From an uncultured Flavobacteriaceae bacterium (lineage in GTDB: Bacteria > Bacteroidota > Bacteroidia > Flavobacteriales > Flavobacteriaceae): a stretch of 64,000 nucleotides of DNA. The notes under the pieces were generated by a model that made no database searches, was not told the origin of the DNA, and was given only the letters and a program-made list of their open reading frames with translations. The stretch lies in NCBI GenBank assembly GCA_963805885.1, contig CAWDWC010000007.1, positions 16,732-80,731 on the forward strand, written 5' to 3'. How positions within the stretch are numbered: position 1 is the first letter of the stretch; every line of letters begins with the position of its first letter. Positions 30,378-40,471 of this stretch are shown piece by piece. A program made the position numbers and the translations under genes.

Positions 30378-31181
30378 ATGAAAGTATTAGTGATTGGCGC
30401 AGGAAATATGGGATTAACCTATGCGGAAGGTATGGCAAAATCGCCATATTTAAATCGAAGAAATTTAATGATCTATGACGTTTCACCAGAAAAAACATGA
30501 AGCATTAAGTGCAATTCCACATTTTGATGCTTATGATAAACTTGAAGATTGCTTACCCAAAGCAGACGTAGTTTTTATAGCTGTAAAACCATACCATAGT
30601 GAAGAATTATTTTCAACTCATGAAAGGCCACAGTAAACGACGGCCAAGTTTTTGTTTCGTTAATGGCAGGAGTTACAATCAAGACCATTCAAGAAGGATT
30701 GGGCGTTAAAAAAGTAGTTCGAACAATGCCCAATCTTCCGGCAAAAGTGGGTAAAGGGATGACTTCCTTTACAGAATCTGAAGAAGTGAGCCGCATTGAA
30801 TTAATTATGGTTCGCAATCTTCTAGATACTACAGGAGAAGCTATTCACGTGCAAAATGAAAATTTTATTAATGCCTCTACCGGTATTTCTGGAAGTGGAC
30901 CTGCATATGTTTTCTACTTTATGCAATCTATGATGGAAGCTGCTTTAAAAATGGGCTTTTCAGAAAACGATTCAAAAGTATTGGTTACCCAAACATTTGA
31001 AGGTGCTGTAGCACTTTTCAATGATTCAGACCTATCTCCAACCAGTTGGATGGATAAGGTAGCTTCAAAAGGAGGTACAACACGTGCTGCTTTAGATTCA
31101 ATGGAAGACAACAATATAAAAGAACTAATAAAAGAAGCTGCCTATGCAGCCTTTAACCGAGCAACAGAACTTGGAAAATAA
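30378..31181 (+). CDS. proC: Pyrroline-5-carboxylate reductase (apparent frameshifts in 5' third)
   Basis: MKVLVIGAGNMG from 30378; FIAVKP in another frame; RTMPN, SGSGPAY and VASKGGTT in ORF 30663-31181. Confidence 0.92.
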
Positions 31182-31202
31182 ATAAATAGTAAAACAAACA
31201 AT

Positions 31203-31977
31203 ATGAGTAAAAAACGAGTGGTTATAAAAGTAGGAACCAACGTTATGACGAATAAAGACAACCGCATTGTGGGTCCCATTTTAAATGAATTGGTTCGGCA
31301 AATTGCGAATTGTATGAAAATGACTATTGAACCCGTTTTGGTTTCTTCAGGATCTGCAATTGCCGGAAAGGAAGTGTTAGGTGATTGTTCATCTGAAGAT
31401 CCTTCAACACGAAGACAAATATTTTCTGCTGTGGGACAACCACGAATGATGCGCCATTATTACAGTCTTTTTCACGATTACGGAATGCGCTGTGCACAGG
31501 TTTTGGCAACAAAGCGCGATTTTGCGCCTGGTAAACACCGTGAAAATATGATCAATTGTTACGAAGGTCTTAATGCACGAAGGCGTTGTGCCTATTGCAA
31601 ATGAAGATGATGCTGTTTCCTTAAAAATGTCGATGTTCAGTGATAATGATGAATTGGCAAGTCTTGTAGCAGAATTGATTCAAGCAGACGCCTTAATTCT
31701 ACTAACAGACACAGATGGACTTTATACAGGTCATCCAGATGATGATGATTCAGAAAAACTAGACACAAGTTCGCCACAATGAAAATGTGGAGACAATATG
31801 TTCAGAAAAATGAAAAAGGAGAAGGTGAAGGCCGCGGTGGTATGAAATCTAAATTGAAAATAGCAAAAGAAACAGCTCGTAAAGATATTCCAACCTTTAT
31901 TGCAAACGGAAAACAAAAAAATGTAATCGTTGACATTATTAGAAGGAAAAGACGTAGGAACACGTTTTTACGCATAA
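31203..31977 (+). CDS. proB: Glutamate 5-kinase, short form without PUA domain (apparent frameshifts)
   Basis: VIKVGT, LVSSG and AVGQ; then VPIANEDD..FSDNDELA..TDTDGLY; then GRGGMKSKL; ends ..VGTRFYA-stop. Confidence 0.9.
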
Positions 31978-32010
31978 CACAAACTAATTATAAACTTGAA
32001 AGAAAGAAAT

Positions 32011-33220
32011 ATGCAATTGATAGATACAAATACTAAGAATAAAGTTTTAGAATCATGATACAATTCTCGACAAGACGAAGAGAAGATATTTTAGTTGCTA
32101 ATAAAAAGGATTTAGATGCTTTTACCAGAGATGATCAAGCATTATATGATCGTTTGGTTGTTAACGATGCCAAAATAGATGGAATGATTAAAGCTATCAC
32201 AGAAGTAAAAATCAAGAAGATCCTGTAAACCGAGAAATTTCAAGTCTTACCCTAGACAGTGGACTTGAAATCAACAATAAAACAGCACCCTTTTGGAACG
32301 ATCATGATTATTTATGAATCGCGTCCAGATGTTACAATTGAAGCAGCTGTACTTGCCTTTAAAGCCAACAATAAAATATTGTTGAAAGGTGGTAAAGAAG
32401 CTTTCAATAGTAATAAAGTTTTGGTAGAATGCTGGCACCAAGCATTAGAAGAAAATGATCTGGAAAAAGATTGGATCAAAATGCTGCAAATGAATCGGGA
32501 GCAAACACAAGAGTTTTTAAGAAACCCAGATCGAGCCAGTTAGATTTAATTGTTCCAAGAGGTGGCGAACGATTGATTCAGTTTGTAAAAGAACACGCTA
32601 AATGTGCCGTTTTAATTAGCGGAAGAGGAAATAACTTCTTATATGTTCATAAAGATGCTGATTGGAAAAAAACGATTGAAGTTATTATCAATGCAAAAAC
32701 CGATAAAATTTCAGGATGCAATGCGCTTGACAAAGTGTTGGTAGATAAAAATTTACCAAATTATGAAGAGAAGCTTCAAGAATTACATAAAGTGCTTTCT
32801 GCTTCAAAAGTAGAAGTTGAAATTTGTAGATGATGAAGTAAAGAAAGTATTAACAGATTCTGAAGTCATTCTCGATAAAAAAGTATGGTTTGAAGAATTT
32901 TTAGCACTTAAAATTAGCTATTGGTGCCGTGGATAATCTTGATGAAGCGATTTCGAAATGATTAACACATTACAGTGGCGGTCACTCAAGTGTTATTTTA
33001 ACTGAAGATCAAAGAAGCTGCCAAAAAATTTATGGAACACATAGACAGTGCAGCTGTGTATCATAACGCCTCTACCCGATTTACCGATGGTGGACAAATG
33101 GGCGTAGGTGCAGAACTAGCAATTAGTACCGACAAATTACACCACCGTGGCCCATTAGGGTTAAAACAACTCGTTACCAATAAATATTATGTATTTGGTG
33201 ATGGCCACGTGAGAGTGTAA
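32011..33220 (+). CDS. proA: Gamma-glutamyl phosphate reductase (many apparent frameshifts)
   Basis: Fragments [47 protein letters not shown] and [13 protein letters not shown]. Confidence 0.9.
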
Positions 33221-33240
33221 AAAAAACCGAAATTAGTGTA

Positions 33241-33284
33241 AAAGCCTTCCGTTCCGATATTTTTGGAACTGGAGGCTTTTTTTT
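33241..33284 (+). terminator. Intrinsic terminator after proA
   Basis: AAAGCCTTCC-GTTCC...GGAAC-TGGAGGCTTTTTTTT. Confidence 0.75.
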
Positions 33285-33293
33285 AGTCCACAC

Positions 33294-33318
33294 GCAACCT
33301 TTTAAAAATTTTCAGACT
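33294..33318 (+). promoter_or_regulatory. Candidate ECF-sigma promoter of the lipoprotein-ECF operon
   Basis: GCAACC-N14-AGACT about 28 nt before ATG 33346; no TAnnTTTG nearby. Confidence 0.45.
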
Positions 33319-33345
33319 ATAGGGTAACACTGTAACGGAAATATT

Positions 33346-34380
33346 ATGAAAAGACTTTTCTATATACCTATTATTCTTCTGATAGCTTTTTTCAATTCCT
33401 GCGAAAACGAGCCCATAAGTAAGGCAGATCCGTCAAATGTTATTCAGGTAGATTCTGAACTTTATAATCTTATTGAGCGAGCAGCGGGGAACGATTTTGA
33501 AAACGAACTAACCTGTATCGATTTCAATTATGCTTTTACACTGGTTATTTATGACGAGAATATGGATATTTTCGGCTATCAGATTATAAATAGTGATATT
33601 GAATTCAGCGAGTTTTTGGGAACGTTGGAAGAAGGAAAATCCATAAGCTTAAGTTATCCAATAACTAGTGTTTTAGAAAATGGGCAGCCCTACGTGATTA
33701 ACAATAACGAGGAGCTGAAAGAAGCGATTGATAAATGCTTGGAGGCAGATACAATCACAAGCTGCAATCTCATACTTACTGAGATTACCTGCATTTGGAA
33801 AATAACTCATCTTGAAGGACCCAATACGGAATATGAAGGTTCCTATTTTGAAGTTAGCAGTTTCGGAAATGCAGGGTTTTATTTTCAAGAGGATGCTTTA
33901 GGCGGAACCTGGGTAACCTATTTTATAGAGGGCGAACTACACTTAAATATTTTTTTAACAGGAAATCAAGAAGTAAGCGATGATTGGAATTTTGATTGGA
34001 AAGTAGTAAGTTTTGACCAATCCCAAATGGAAATAACTAATGGAATCAATACCTATCGCTTAGTAAAAGATTGTTATGAACCCTGCCGAAAATTTCTTTA
34101 TGAGGAATGTGAAACCGAGTCAGGATCTCAAATAGCGGTTTTTGATTTAGAAAGTTATTTTGAATGTTTCTTTCCATTCACCGGCATACCTGATCCTTCA
34201 ACTGTAACATGGAGCTATTATGAAACCTATGAGGATATGCTTGCTGGAATTAATCCTATTGTCAATTTAATGTATGAAAACACTGTAAACCCGCAAATAA
34301 TTTATATTAGATTTGATGATGCAAATACGGGGGTGTTTTTGGCTTCATTACCGATAATTTTAAAAGCTATTCAATGTTGA
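33346..34380 (+). CDS. Hypothetical acidic, Cys-rich lipoprotein
   Basis: Lipobox FNSC followed by ENE; CIDFNY and LSYPIT....G....INNNEEL..AI..C motifs. Confidence 0.8.
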   Translation: MKRLFYIPIILLIAFFNSCENEPISKADPSNVIQVDSELYNLIERAAGNDFENELTCIDFNYAFTLVIYDENMDIFGYQIINSDIEFSEFLGTLEEGKSISLSYPITSVLENGQPYVINNNEELKEAIDKCLEADTITSCNLILTEITCIWKITHLEGPNTEYEGSYFEVSSFGNAGFYFQEDALGGTWVTYFIEGELHLNIFLTGNQEVSDDWNFDWKVVSFDQSQMEITNGINTYRLVKDCYEPCRKFLYEECETESGSQIAVFDLESYFECFFPFTGIPDPSTVTWSYYETYEDMLAGINPIVNLMYENTVNPQIIYIRFDDANTGVFLASLPIILKAIQC

Positions 34381-34399
34381 TAAAAATTTTTTAATCTAT

Positions 34400-34945
34400 T
34401 TGAACGAAAACGAACTCATAAAGCAGTGCATAAAAAACAACCGGACAGCCCAAAACGAACTGTTCCGGACGTACAAAGACACCCTTTATTTTACCTCTTT
34501 GAAATATTGCAGGAATGAAGTTGATGCCGAAGACAACCTGCACGATGCCTTTATAACAATTTTTCAAAAAATAAAAACTTTCAAAAACAAAGGCTCCTTT
34601 GAAGGGTGGATGAAGCGGATCACAATATATAAAGCCATTGATAAATATAAAGCAGCCAAACCGATAAATATTGAAATTAAGGATGACTTTCTGGAAGAAA
34701 CAGTTGCTGTTGAAGAAACCACAAATCTAGATTTAGAAGTGCTTCTAAAGCTCATTCAAGAACTTCCCGATCAATACAGACTTGTCTTTAACCTATACCA
34801 AATGGATGGTTTTTCGCATAAAGAAATTGCGATTCTTTTAAATATTTCCGAAGGCACATCAAAATCAAATTACCACCGCGCAAAACTAATTTTACGCGAA
34901 AATATTATTGAGATAACTAAATCCCTCAATCCAAAAGCACATTAA
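34400..34945 (+). CDS. ECF-type RNA polymerase sigma factor
   Basis: DAEDNLHDAFI, GSFEGWMKRI and LPDQYRLVFNLY..DGFSHKEIA..LNISEGTSKSN.RAK. Confidence 0.93.
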   Translation: MNENELIKQCIKNNRTAQNELFRTYKDTLYFTSLKYCRNEVDAEDNLHDAFITIFQKIKTFKNKGSFEGWMKRITIYKAIDKYKAAKPINIEIKDDFLEETVAVEETTNLDLEVLLKLIQELPDQYRLVFNLYQMDGFSHKEIAILLNISEGTSKSNYHRAKLILRENIIEITKSLNPKAH

Positions 34946-34947
34946 AA

Positions 34948-35571
34948 ATGGGACAAAAGAAAGATATAGGAAAGCTTTTTGAAACAAAGCTGAACGAAGG
35001 AAAAAAGATTCCCAATAAAAGTCTTTGGGACAAAATAAATTCTTCGTTGGACGAAGAAAAACGGAGAAAAAGAAGAATCATGTTTTATTGGCTTGTGGGT
35101 GGTGGACTCTCTGTTTTATTAGGATTGGTTATGCTCTTCGGAAATGGATTTTTTCTAAATAAAGAATCTTTAACACAAAAAAGGAACACCAATGTAATTG
35201 AAGATTTAAATACTAATTCAACAAAAGAAAGCAACGAAACGCTTTCTAAAATTTCAAAAGAAGATTCATTGATTGTTAAAAATGATAGCGGAGAAAAACT
35301 TTCAAAAATAGATACACACATTGAGAATTTAAAACAAAATGAATTAGTAAGTACTTCAGAAAATAATTCTGAAACTGAAGAACAAAAGAATTCTTCAAAT
35401 AAAAAACCCGTGGATGAATCTTTCACCGTTTCCGAAAAGTATTATTACTACAATAGTCGTGACGGCAAACAACTAGTGACTGAAAGCAAAAAAGAAATTG
35501 ACAGTATAGTTTCAAAACAGTATAAATCTTTGGACTCTATAACGGTCAAAAAAGTTGACAGTCTTGAATAA
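34948..35571 (+). CDS. Putative anti-sigma factor (single TM helix)
   Basis: Directly follows the ECF sigma; N-terminal LF..KL....P...LWDKI...L, then a basic stretch, one TM helix and a low-complexity tail. Confidence 0.65.
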   Translation: MGQKKDIGKLFETKLNEGKKIPNKSLWDKINSSLDEEKRRKRRIMFYWLVGGGLSVLLGLVMLFGNGFFLNKESLTQKRNTNVIEDLNTNSTKESNETLSKISKEDSLIVKNDSGEKLSKIDTHIENLKQNELVSTSENNSETEEQKNSSNKKPVDESFTVSEKYYYYNSRDGKQLVTESKKEIDSIVSKQYKSLDSITVKKVDSLE

Positions 35572-35703
35572 TCCCGTAGCTCATTCTGTAGTTTGAAAAA
35601 AACAAAATCTTTAAAAAAAATTAAAACTTTTGTAACCTTTTGTTGGTTTGTTACGTATAATCCAGTACACAAGTTAAACCTTAATCTACAGGACAAACCT
35701 TAA

Positions 35704-36567
35704 ATGAGACAACTTAAAATTACCAAGCAGGTAACCAACAGGGAAACTGCTTCATTAGACAAGTACCTACAAGAAATTGGAAAAGTTGACTTAATCACCG
35801 CAGATGAAGAAGTAGAATTGGCACAGCGCATAAAAGCGGGTGACCAAACTGCTTTGGAAAAATTGACCAAAGCGAACCTTCGTTTTGTTGTCTCGGTGGC
35901 AAAGCAATATCAAAACCAAGGGCTTACCCTTCCAGACCTTATAAATGAAGGAAACCTTGGTCTTATTAAAGCCGCACAACGTTTTGACGAAACACGTGGT
36001 TTTAAATTTATTTCATATGCCGTTTGGTGGATTCGCCAGTCTATTTTGCAAGCTTTGGCAGAACAATCACGTATTGTACGTTTGCCATTGAACAAAATTG
36101 GGAGCATCAATAAAATAAACAAAATGTACGCTTATTTGGAACAAGCCAATGAGCGCCCCCCTTCTGCAGAAGAAATTGCAAAGGAATTGGACATGACCAT
36201 TAACGACGTAAAAGAGTCCATGAAAAACTCTGGTCGTCACGTATCGATGGATGCGCCGCTTGTTGAAGGAGAGGACAGTAACCTTTACGATGTTTTGAGA
36301 AGTGGTGAAAGCCCAAACCCAGACCGTTCATTGTTACACGAGTCATTGCGTACCGAAATTGAGCGCGCTCTGGAAACCTTGACACCACGTGAAGCTGATG
36401 TTATCCGTTTGTATTTTGGTCTTGGTGACCAACATCCAATGACTTTGGAGGAAATAGGTGAAACTTTTGATCTTACTCGTGAACGCGTTCGCCAAATTAA
36501 GGAAAAAGCAATCCGAAGATTAAAACATACTTCAAGAAGTAAAATATTAATGACTTATTTAGGATAG
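35704..36567 (+). CDS. rpoD: Primary sigma-70 factor, Bacteroidota short type
   Basis: [39 protein letters not shown] and [12 protein letters not shown]; 287 aa, no region 1.1. Confidence 0.94.
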   Translation: MRQLKITKQVTNRETASLDKYLQEIGKVDLITADEEVELAQRIKAGDQTALEKLTKANLRFVVSVAKQYQNQGLTLPDLINEGNLGLIKAAQRFDETRGFKFISYAVWWIRQSILQALAEQSRIVRLPLNKIGSINKINKMYAYLEQANERPPSAEEIAKELDMTINDVKESMKNSGRHVSMDAPLVEGEDSNLYDVLRSGESPNPDRSLLHESLRTEIERALETLTPREADVIRLYFGLGDQHPMTLEEIGETFDLTRERVRQIKEKAIRRLKHTSRSKILMTYLG

Positions 36568-36600
36568 CTCAGGCTACCATAAACGTTAACGACAGTATAA

Positions 36601-36621
36601 GATTTCCGCTTTCGCGGGAAT
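36601..36621. repeat. Second REP-like palindrome
   Basis: GATTTCCGC-TTTC-GCGGGAAT, a one-mismatch variant of the ATTCCC-N8-GGGAAT pattern. Confidence 0.55.
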
Positions 36622-36650
36622 AAAACTGTTCGTTTTTTGATTGATGAATG

Positions 36651-36678
36651 AACCCTCGGCTGATTACCGAGGGTTTTT
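36651..36678 (+). terminator. Intrinsic terminator after rpoD
   Basis: AACCCTCGG-ctgatta-CCGAGGGTTTTT. Confidence 0.8.
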
Positions 36679-37047
36679 CATTTATAAATATTAAATATCA
36701 TAAACTTTTTAATCTTTTTCATTCAATAATCCTGGCAGATTGTTGAATGTTTTTTCTATTGATTTATTTAGTATATTTATATACTTGAATTTATTTAAAA
36801 ACACAACTCATTGTTCTTAAGTGTATTATATCTTTTTTTTCAAAAAAACTACACACTATTATACTTAATGAAAAATGAATAATGACTTATTTAAAAAGTC
36901 ATTAACTACTTATAATTAAAGTTTAAATATTTATTATTTATAAGCAAAATGATTCTCTAATCCTATAATTTTTTCTGGGAACGAATAGTATGTTTAAGAT
37001 ATTTAAGAGCTATTAAAGATTTTTCAATCAAAAAAAATTAATAAATC

Positions 37048-38535
37048 ATGAAAACAAATAGTAGCATTTTGGTTCTTCTGTTAAGTGTTACATTGTATTG
37101 TAATTCACTATTATCCCAAGTTCAGATTGGGCAGGATATAGATGGAGAATCTGCAGGCGATCAATCGGGTATTTCCGTTTCTATCTCTTCAAATGGAAAC
37201 AGGGTTGCAATTGGCTCCAGATTGAATGACGGTAATGGAAGCGATTCTGGGCAAACAAGAATCTTTGAATATAGTGGCGGAAATTGGTCACAAATTGGAA
37301 ATGATATTAATGGTGAGGCAGCCGGGGACGAATGCGGCCAATCCGTTGTAATTTCATCAAATGGAACCCGAGTGGCTGTTGGTGCTCCAAACAATAATGG
37401 AAATGGAAATAACTCTGGCCACGTTAGAGTTTACGATTTTATAAATGGGAATTGGTCACAAGTAGGTGGAGATATTGATGGCGAAACTATGGGAGATCGA
37501 TCAGGTTGGTCAATTTCTTTATCTGAAGATGGTAACAGGATTGCTGTTGGCGCTATTTACAATGATGCAAACGGAAATGATTCCGGCCATGTTAGAGTTT
37601 ATGATTATATAAATGGAAACTGGACACAGTTGGGCGGGGACATAGATGGGGAAGACCCGGATGATTATTTTGGATGGTCAGTGTCTCTTTCATATAATGG
37701 CAATAGACTGGCCGTTGGTGCCCCTAAGAACGATGGGGGCGGTGGAAATTCAGGGAGTGTTAAGATTTTTGAAATGATGGGCGGCAATTGGGTTCAAATC
37801 GGCGCCAATATTGATGGTTCAGCGGCATTTGATGAATGTGGTACTTCCGTCTCACTTTCTTCTAGTGGCGAGAGAGTGGCTGTAGGCGCCCCCCTTAATA
37901 ATAACTCCAACGGTGCAGATGCTGGCCAAGTACGGGTCTTTGAATTTATAAATAATAGTTGGACACAAGTTGGCTCCAATATTAATGGTGAAGCCTTGTC
38001 CGATCACTCTGGAAATGCAGTTTCTCTTTCTCATGACGGAAGTTTAGTTGCTATTGGAGCTCCAGGTAATGGAAATGCAGGGGGCGGAGATGCAGGGCAA
38101 GTGCGTATTTATGAATTCAATGGGAATTCTTGGAACCAACTAGGAAATGATATAGATGGTGAAGGGTCAATAGATCTATCGGGAACCTCAGTTTCGCTTA
38201 CAGCAGATGGTACTAAGGTAGCAATTGGAGCACCCTTTAATAATGGAAATGGAACCGAATCGGGACATGTTAGAGTGTATGGTTCTTTTGATTTAGGCAT
38301 AACTTCATTTGATGCAAACGCAGTTAAGGTATTTCCCATCCCGACCCGCAATAAATTCAAAATATCGGGCATAATTTATGACGAAATTAGATTGAGTGAT
38401 GTCATGGGAAGAACGCAATTTCAATCTTCCAAATATCTACCCGAAGTGGATATCTCTAAAATTCCTATTGGAGTTTACTTTCTTGAATTACGTTTAAAAG
38501 GACAACGGATAACAAAAAAAATATTGAAAGAATAA
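37048..38535 (+). CDS. T9SS-secreted FG-GAP-like seven-repeat beta-propeller protein
   Basis: Seven ~56-aa repeats W.Q.G.DI.GE...D.SG.SVSLS..G.R.A.GAP.N...G..SG.VRVY; CTD VFPIP..GVYFLEL..KKILKE. Confidence 0.88.
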   Translation: MKTNSSILVLLLSVTLYCNSLLSQVQIGQDIDGESAGDQSGISVSISSNGNRVAIGSRLNDGNGSDSGQTRIFEYSGGNWSQIGNDINGEAAGDECGQSVVISSNGTRVAVGAPNNNGNGNNSGHVRVYDFINGNWSQVGGDIDGETMGDRSGWSISLSEDGNRIAVGAIYNDANGNDSGHVRVYDYINGNWTQLGGDIDGEDPDDYFGWSVSLSYNGNRLAVGAPKNDGGGGNSGSVKIFEMMGGNWVQIGANIDGSAAFDECGTSVSLSSSGERVAVGAPLNNNSNGADAGQVRVFEFINNSWTQVGSNINGEALSDHSGNAVSLSHDGSLVAIGAPGNGNAGGGDAGQVRIYEFNGNSWNQLGNDIDGEGSIDLSGTSVSLTADGTKVAIGAPFNNGNGTESGHVRVYGSFDLGITSFDANAVKVFPIPTRNKFKISGIIYDEIRLSDVMGRTQFQSSKYLPEVDISKIPIGVYFLELRLKGQRITKKILKE

Positions 38536-38612
38536 TATTAAAATAGTTTAGCATATTACAAAATCTTTAAAAGATAGTTTTATTATAATTACTTTTGACA
38601 AAATTTCTTATA

Positions 38613-39272
38613 ATGAACAAAACAATAATTGCCCCTTCCATTCTTGCTGCAGATTTCGCAAACCTTCAACGCGATATTGAAATGGTCAATAACAGCGAAG
38701 CCGATTGGTTTCATTTAGATGTAATGGACGGTGTTTTTGTTCCAAACATATCGTTCGGAATGCCAGTGATTAAAAGTATTGCTGCCCATGCTAAAAAACC
38801 TCTGGATGTCCATTTAATGATTATTGATCCCGATCGATATATTAAAACTTTTGCTGATTTGGGAGCGAACATACTTTCAGTTCATTTTGAAGCTTGTACT
38901 CACCTTCATCGCACCCTACAAGGAATAAAAGCTGAAGGGATGCAGGCAGGCGTAGCAATAAACCCACATACAAATGTTTCTTTATTGGAAGACACCATAA
39001 ATGATATTGATTTAGTTTGTATGATGAGCGTTAACCCAGGTTTTGGCGGACAAAGTTTTATTGAAAATACATATAAGAAAATAAAACAACTTCGAAAAAT
39101 AATTGAAGCGAATGGGGCAAATACTAAAATTGAAATAGACGGTGGCGTGACCAATAAAAACGCCAGAGAGCTTGTTGCAGCCGGTGCTAATGTTTTGGTT
39201 GCGGGCAGTTATGTGTTTGGATCAAGTGATCCTACCAAAACCATTAAAGAACTCGCACACTTAATTCTATAA
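38613..39272 (+). CDS. rpe: Ribulose-phosphate 3-epimerase
   Basis: IAPSIL.ADF, HLDVMDG.FVPN, DVHLM, MSVNPGFGGQ and IDGG motifs; TACTTTTG at 38590-38597. Confidence 0.96.
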   Translation: MNKTIIAPSILAADFANLQRDIEMVNNSEADWFHLDVMDGVFVPNISFGMPVIKSIAAHAKKPLDVHLMIIDPDRYIKTFADLGANILSVHFEACTHLHRTLQGIKAEGMQAGVAINPHTNVSLLEDTINDIDLVCMMSVNPGFGGQSFIENTYKKIKQLRKIIEANGANTKIEIDGGVTNKNARELVAAGANVLVAGSYVFGSSDPTKTIKELAHLIL

Positions 39273-39274
39273 AA

Positions 39275-40402
39275 ATGCAACAACCAGCAATCCATCCATC
39301 ATTTGATACATGGACATCATTTTTTCTGCTGGTATGTTCTTTCGGTTTTTTTCTTTCTATCGTATTATTCAGTAATAGAAAAGGCTTAAAAAGTAATTGG
39401 CCCATTATTCTTTTGGTTTTGGGATTTTCGTTTATCCTACTGCAATATGTTTTTTTCTGGACGGGTTATCTTCAAATGTATCCGTATTTGTATTTTTTTG
39501 ACCATACATGGTATTTAATCTTTGGTCCGTTGCTTTATGCCTATATCACAAGATTTTTTAACAAAAGCTTTAAAATTAGATGGTATCATTTTTTACCTGC
39601 GGCGCTATCTTTTGTTTTAAATGTATTTTATCTTGTAAAATCCAATGGATATATAAACTTAAATGACTTTCAGGACGAAAAACTTTTCTATTTTTTTAGG
39701 GCAATGCGTTCCCCTTGGTTAGCTGGAATTTCAATGGCATTGTATATTTTTATTACACTCGACTTTATAAAATTTAATAAAACAAAGACTGTAAATCAAT
39801 ATCAAAATACCCGAAATAAATGGGCCAATTTTTTAATAAACCTTTTTACGGTGTTTGTTATCGCCTATCTCAGCTATTTCATTTTGGTAATATTTCCTTT
39901 TTTTAACTCCCAATGGGATTATGCCATTTCGATTGCCATGTCCTTATCCATCTATGGAATTGGGTATATGGTTTACCGCGAACCATCCATTTTTAATGGG
40001 GAATTAATGGCGAAATTATTTCTAAAAGAAACAAATACCCCCACTTTTTCAGAAGAAACCACCGAAGAATTTTATACTACACTTTTGGATTATATCGAAA
40101 AGAAAAAACCGTATTTAGATAATAATTTAAGATTGGTGCAACTTGCAGATAAAATAGGATTTTCAAGCCATACACTTTCAAAAATAATAAACGATAAAGC
40201 CGAAAAGAACTTTAATCAATTCATAAACGATTTTAGGTTGCGAGAAGCTGAAAGGCTCTTAATTGAAGATGAAACGATGCCAATTAAAAGTGTTTATTAT
40301 GAAGTTGGCTTCAATAATAAAGCAACTTTCTATAAGGCTTTTAAAAATAAACATCACTGCACTCCATTGGAATTTAAAGAGAATCTTGAAACTGCTGAAT
40401 AA
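39275..40402 (+). CDS. Membrane-anchored AraC-family transcriptional regulator
   Basis: About seven TM helices (GPLLY.Y, HFLP); C-terminal HTH LS.IIN....NF..FIN.FR...GFNNKATFYKAFK....TP.EF. Confidence 0.9.
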   Translation: MQQPAIHPSFDTWTSFFLLVCSFGFFLSIVLFSNRKGLKSNWPIILLVLGFSFILLQYVFFWTGYLQMYPYLYFFDHTWYLIFGPLLYAYITRFFNKSFKIRWYHFLPAALSFVLNVFYLVKSNGYINLNDFQDEKLFYFFRAMRSPWLAGISMALYIFITLDFIKFNKTKTVNQYQNTRNKWANFLINLFTVFVIAYLSYFILVIFPFFNSQWDYAISIAMSLSIYGIGYMVYREPSIFNGELMAKLFLKETNTPTFSEETTEEFYTTLLDYIEKKKPYLDNNLRLVQLADKIGFSSHTLSKIINDKAEKNFNQFINDFRLREAERLLIEDETMPIKSVYYEVGFNNKATFYKAFKNKHHCTPLEFKENLETAE

Positions 40403-40471
40403 GTCTCAATCTATAATTATTTACCTTTTTATTAGAATTCTTTCAGAAATTACACAACCCAAGAAACAACT

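Noticed and set aside
27327-33220. Programmed frameshifting, RNA editing or real pseudogenisation of rpsO-pnp-proCBA
   Set aside because: There are too many indels and no consistent slippery motif, core genes are affected, and several insertions look like merged synonymous alleles. An assembly artefact is far more economical.
1096-33220. Proline catabolic (pruA) and biosynthetic (proCBA) genes in one window as a functional cluster
   Set aside because: They are about 28 kb apart and separated by unrelated housekeeping genes; I saw no shared regulatory motif.
37120-38280. ~168-bp periodic repeats as a possible CRISPR array or DNA repeat locus
   Set aside because: The repeats are degenerate, in frame and protein-coding; there are no identical direct repeats with unique spacers and no cas genes.
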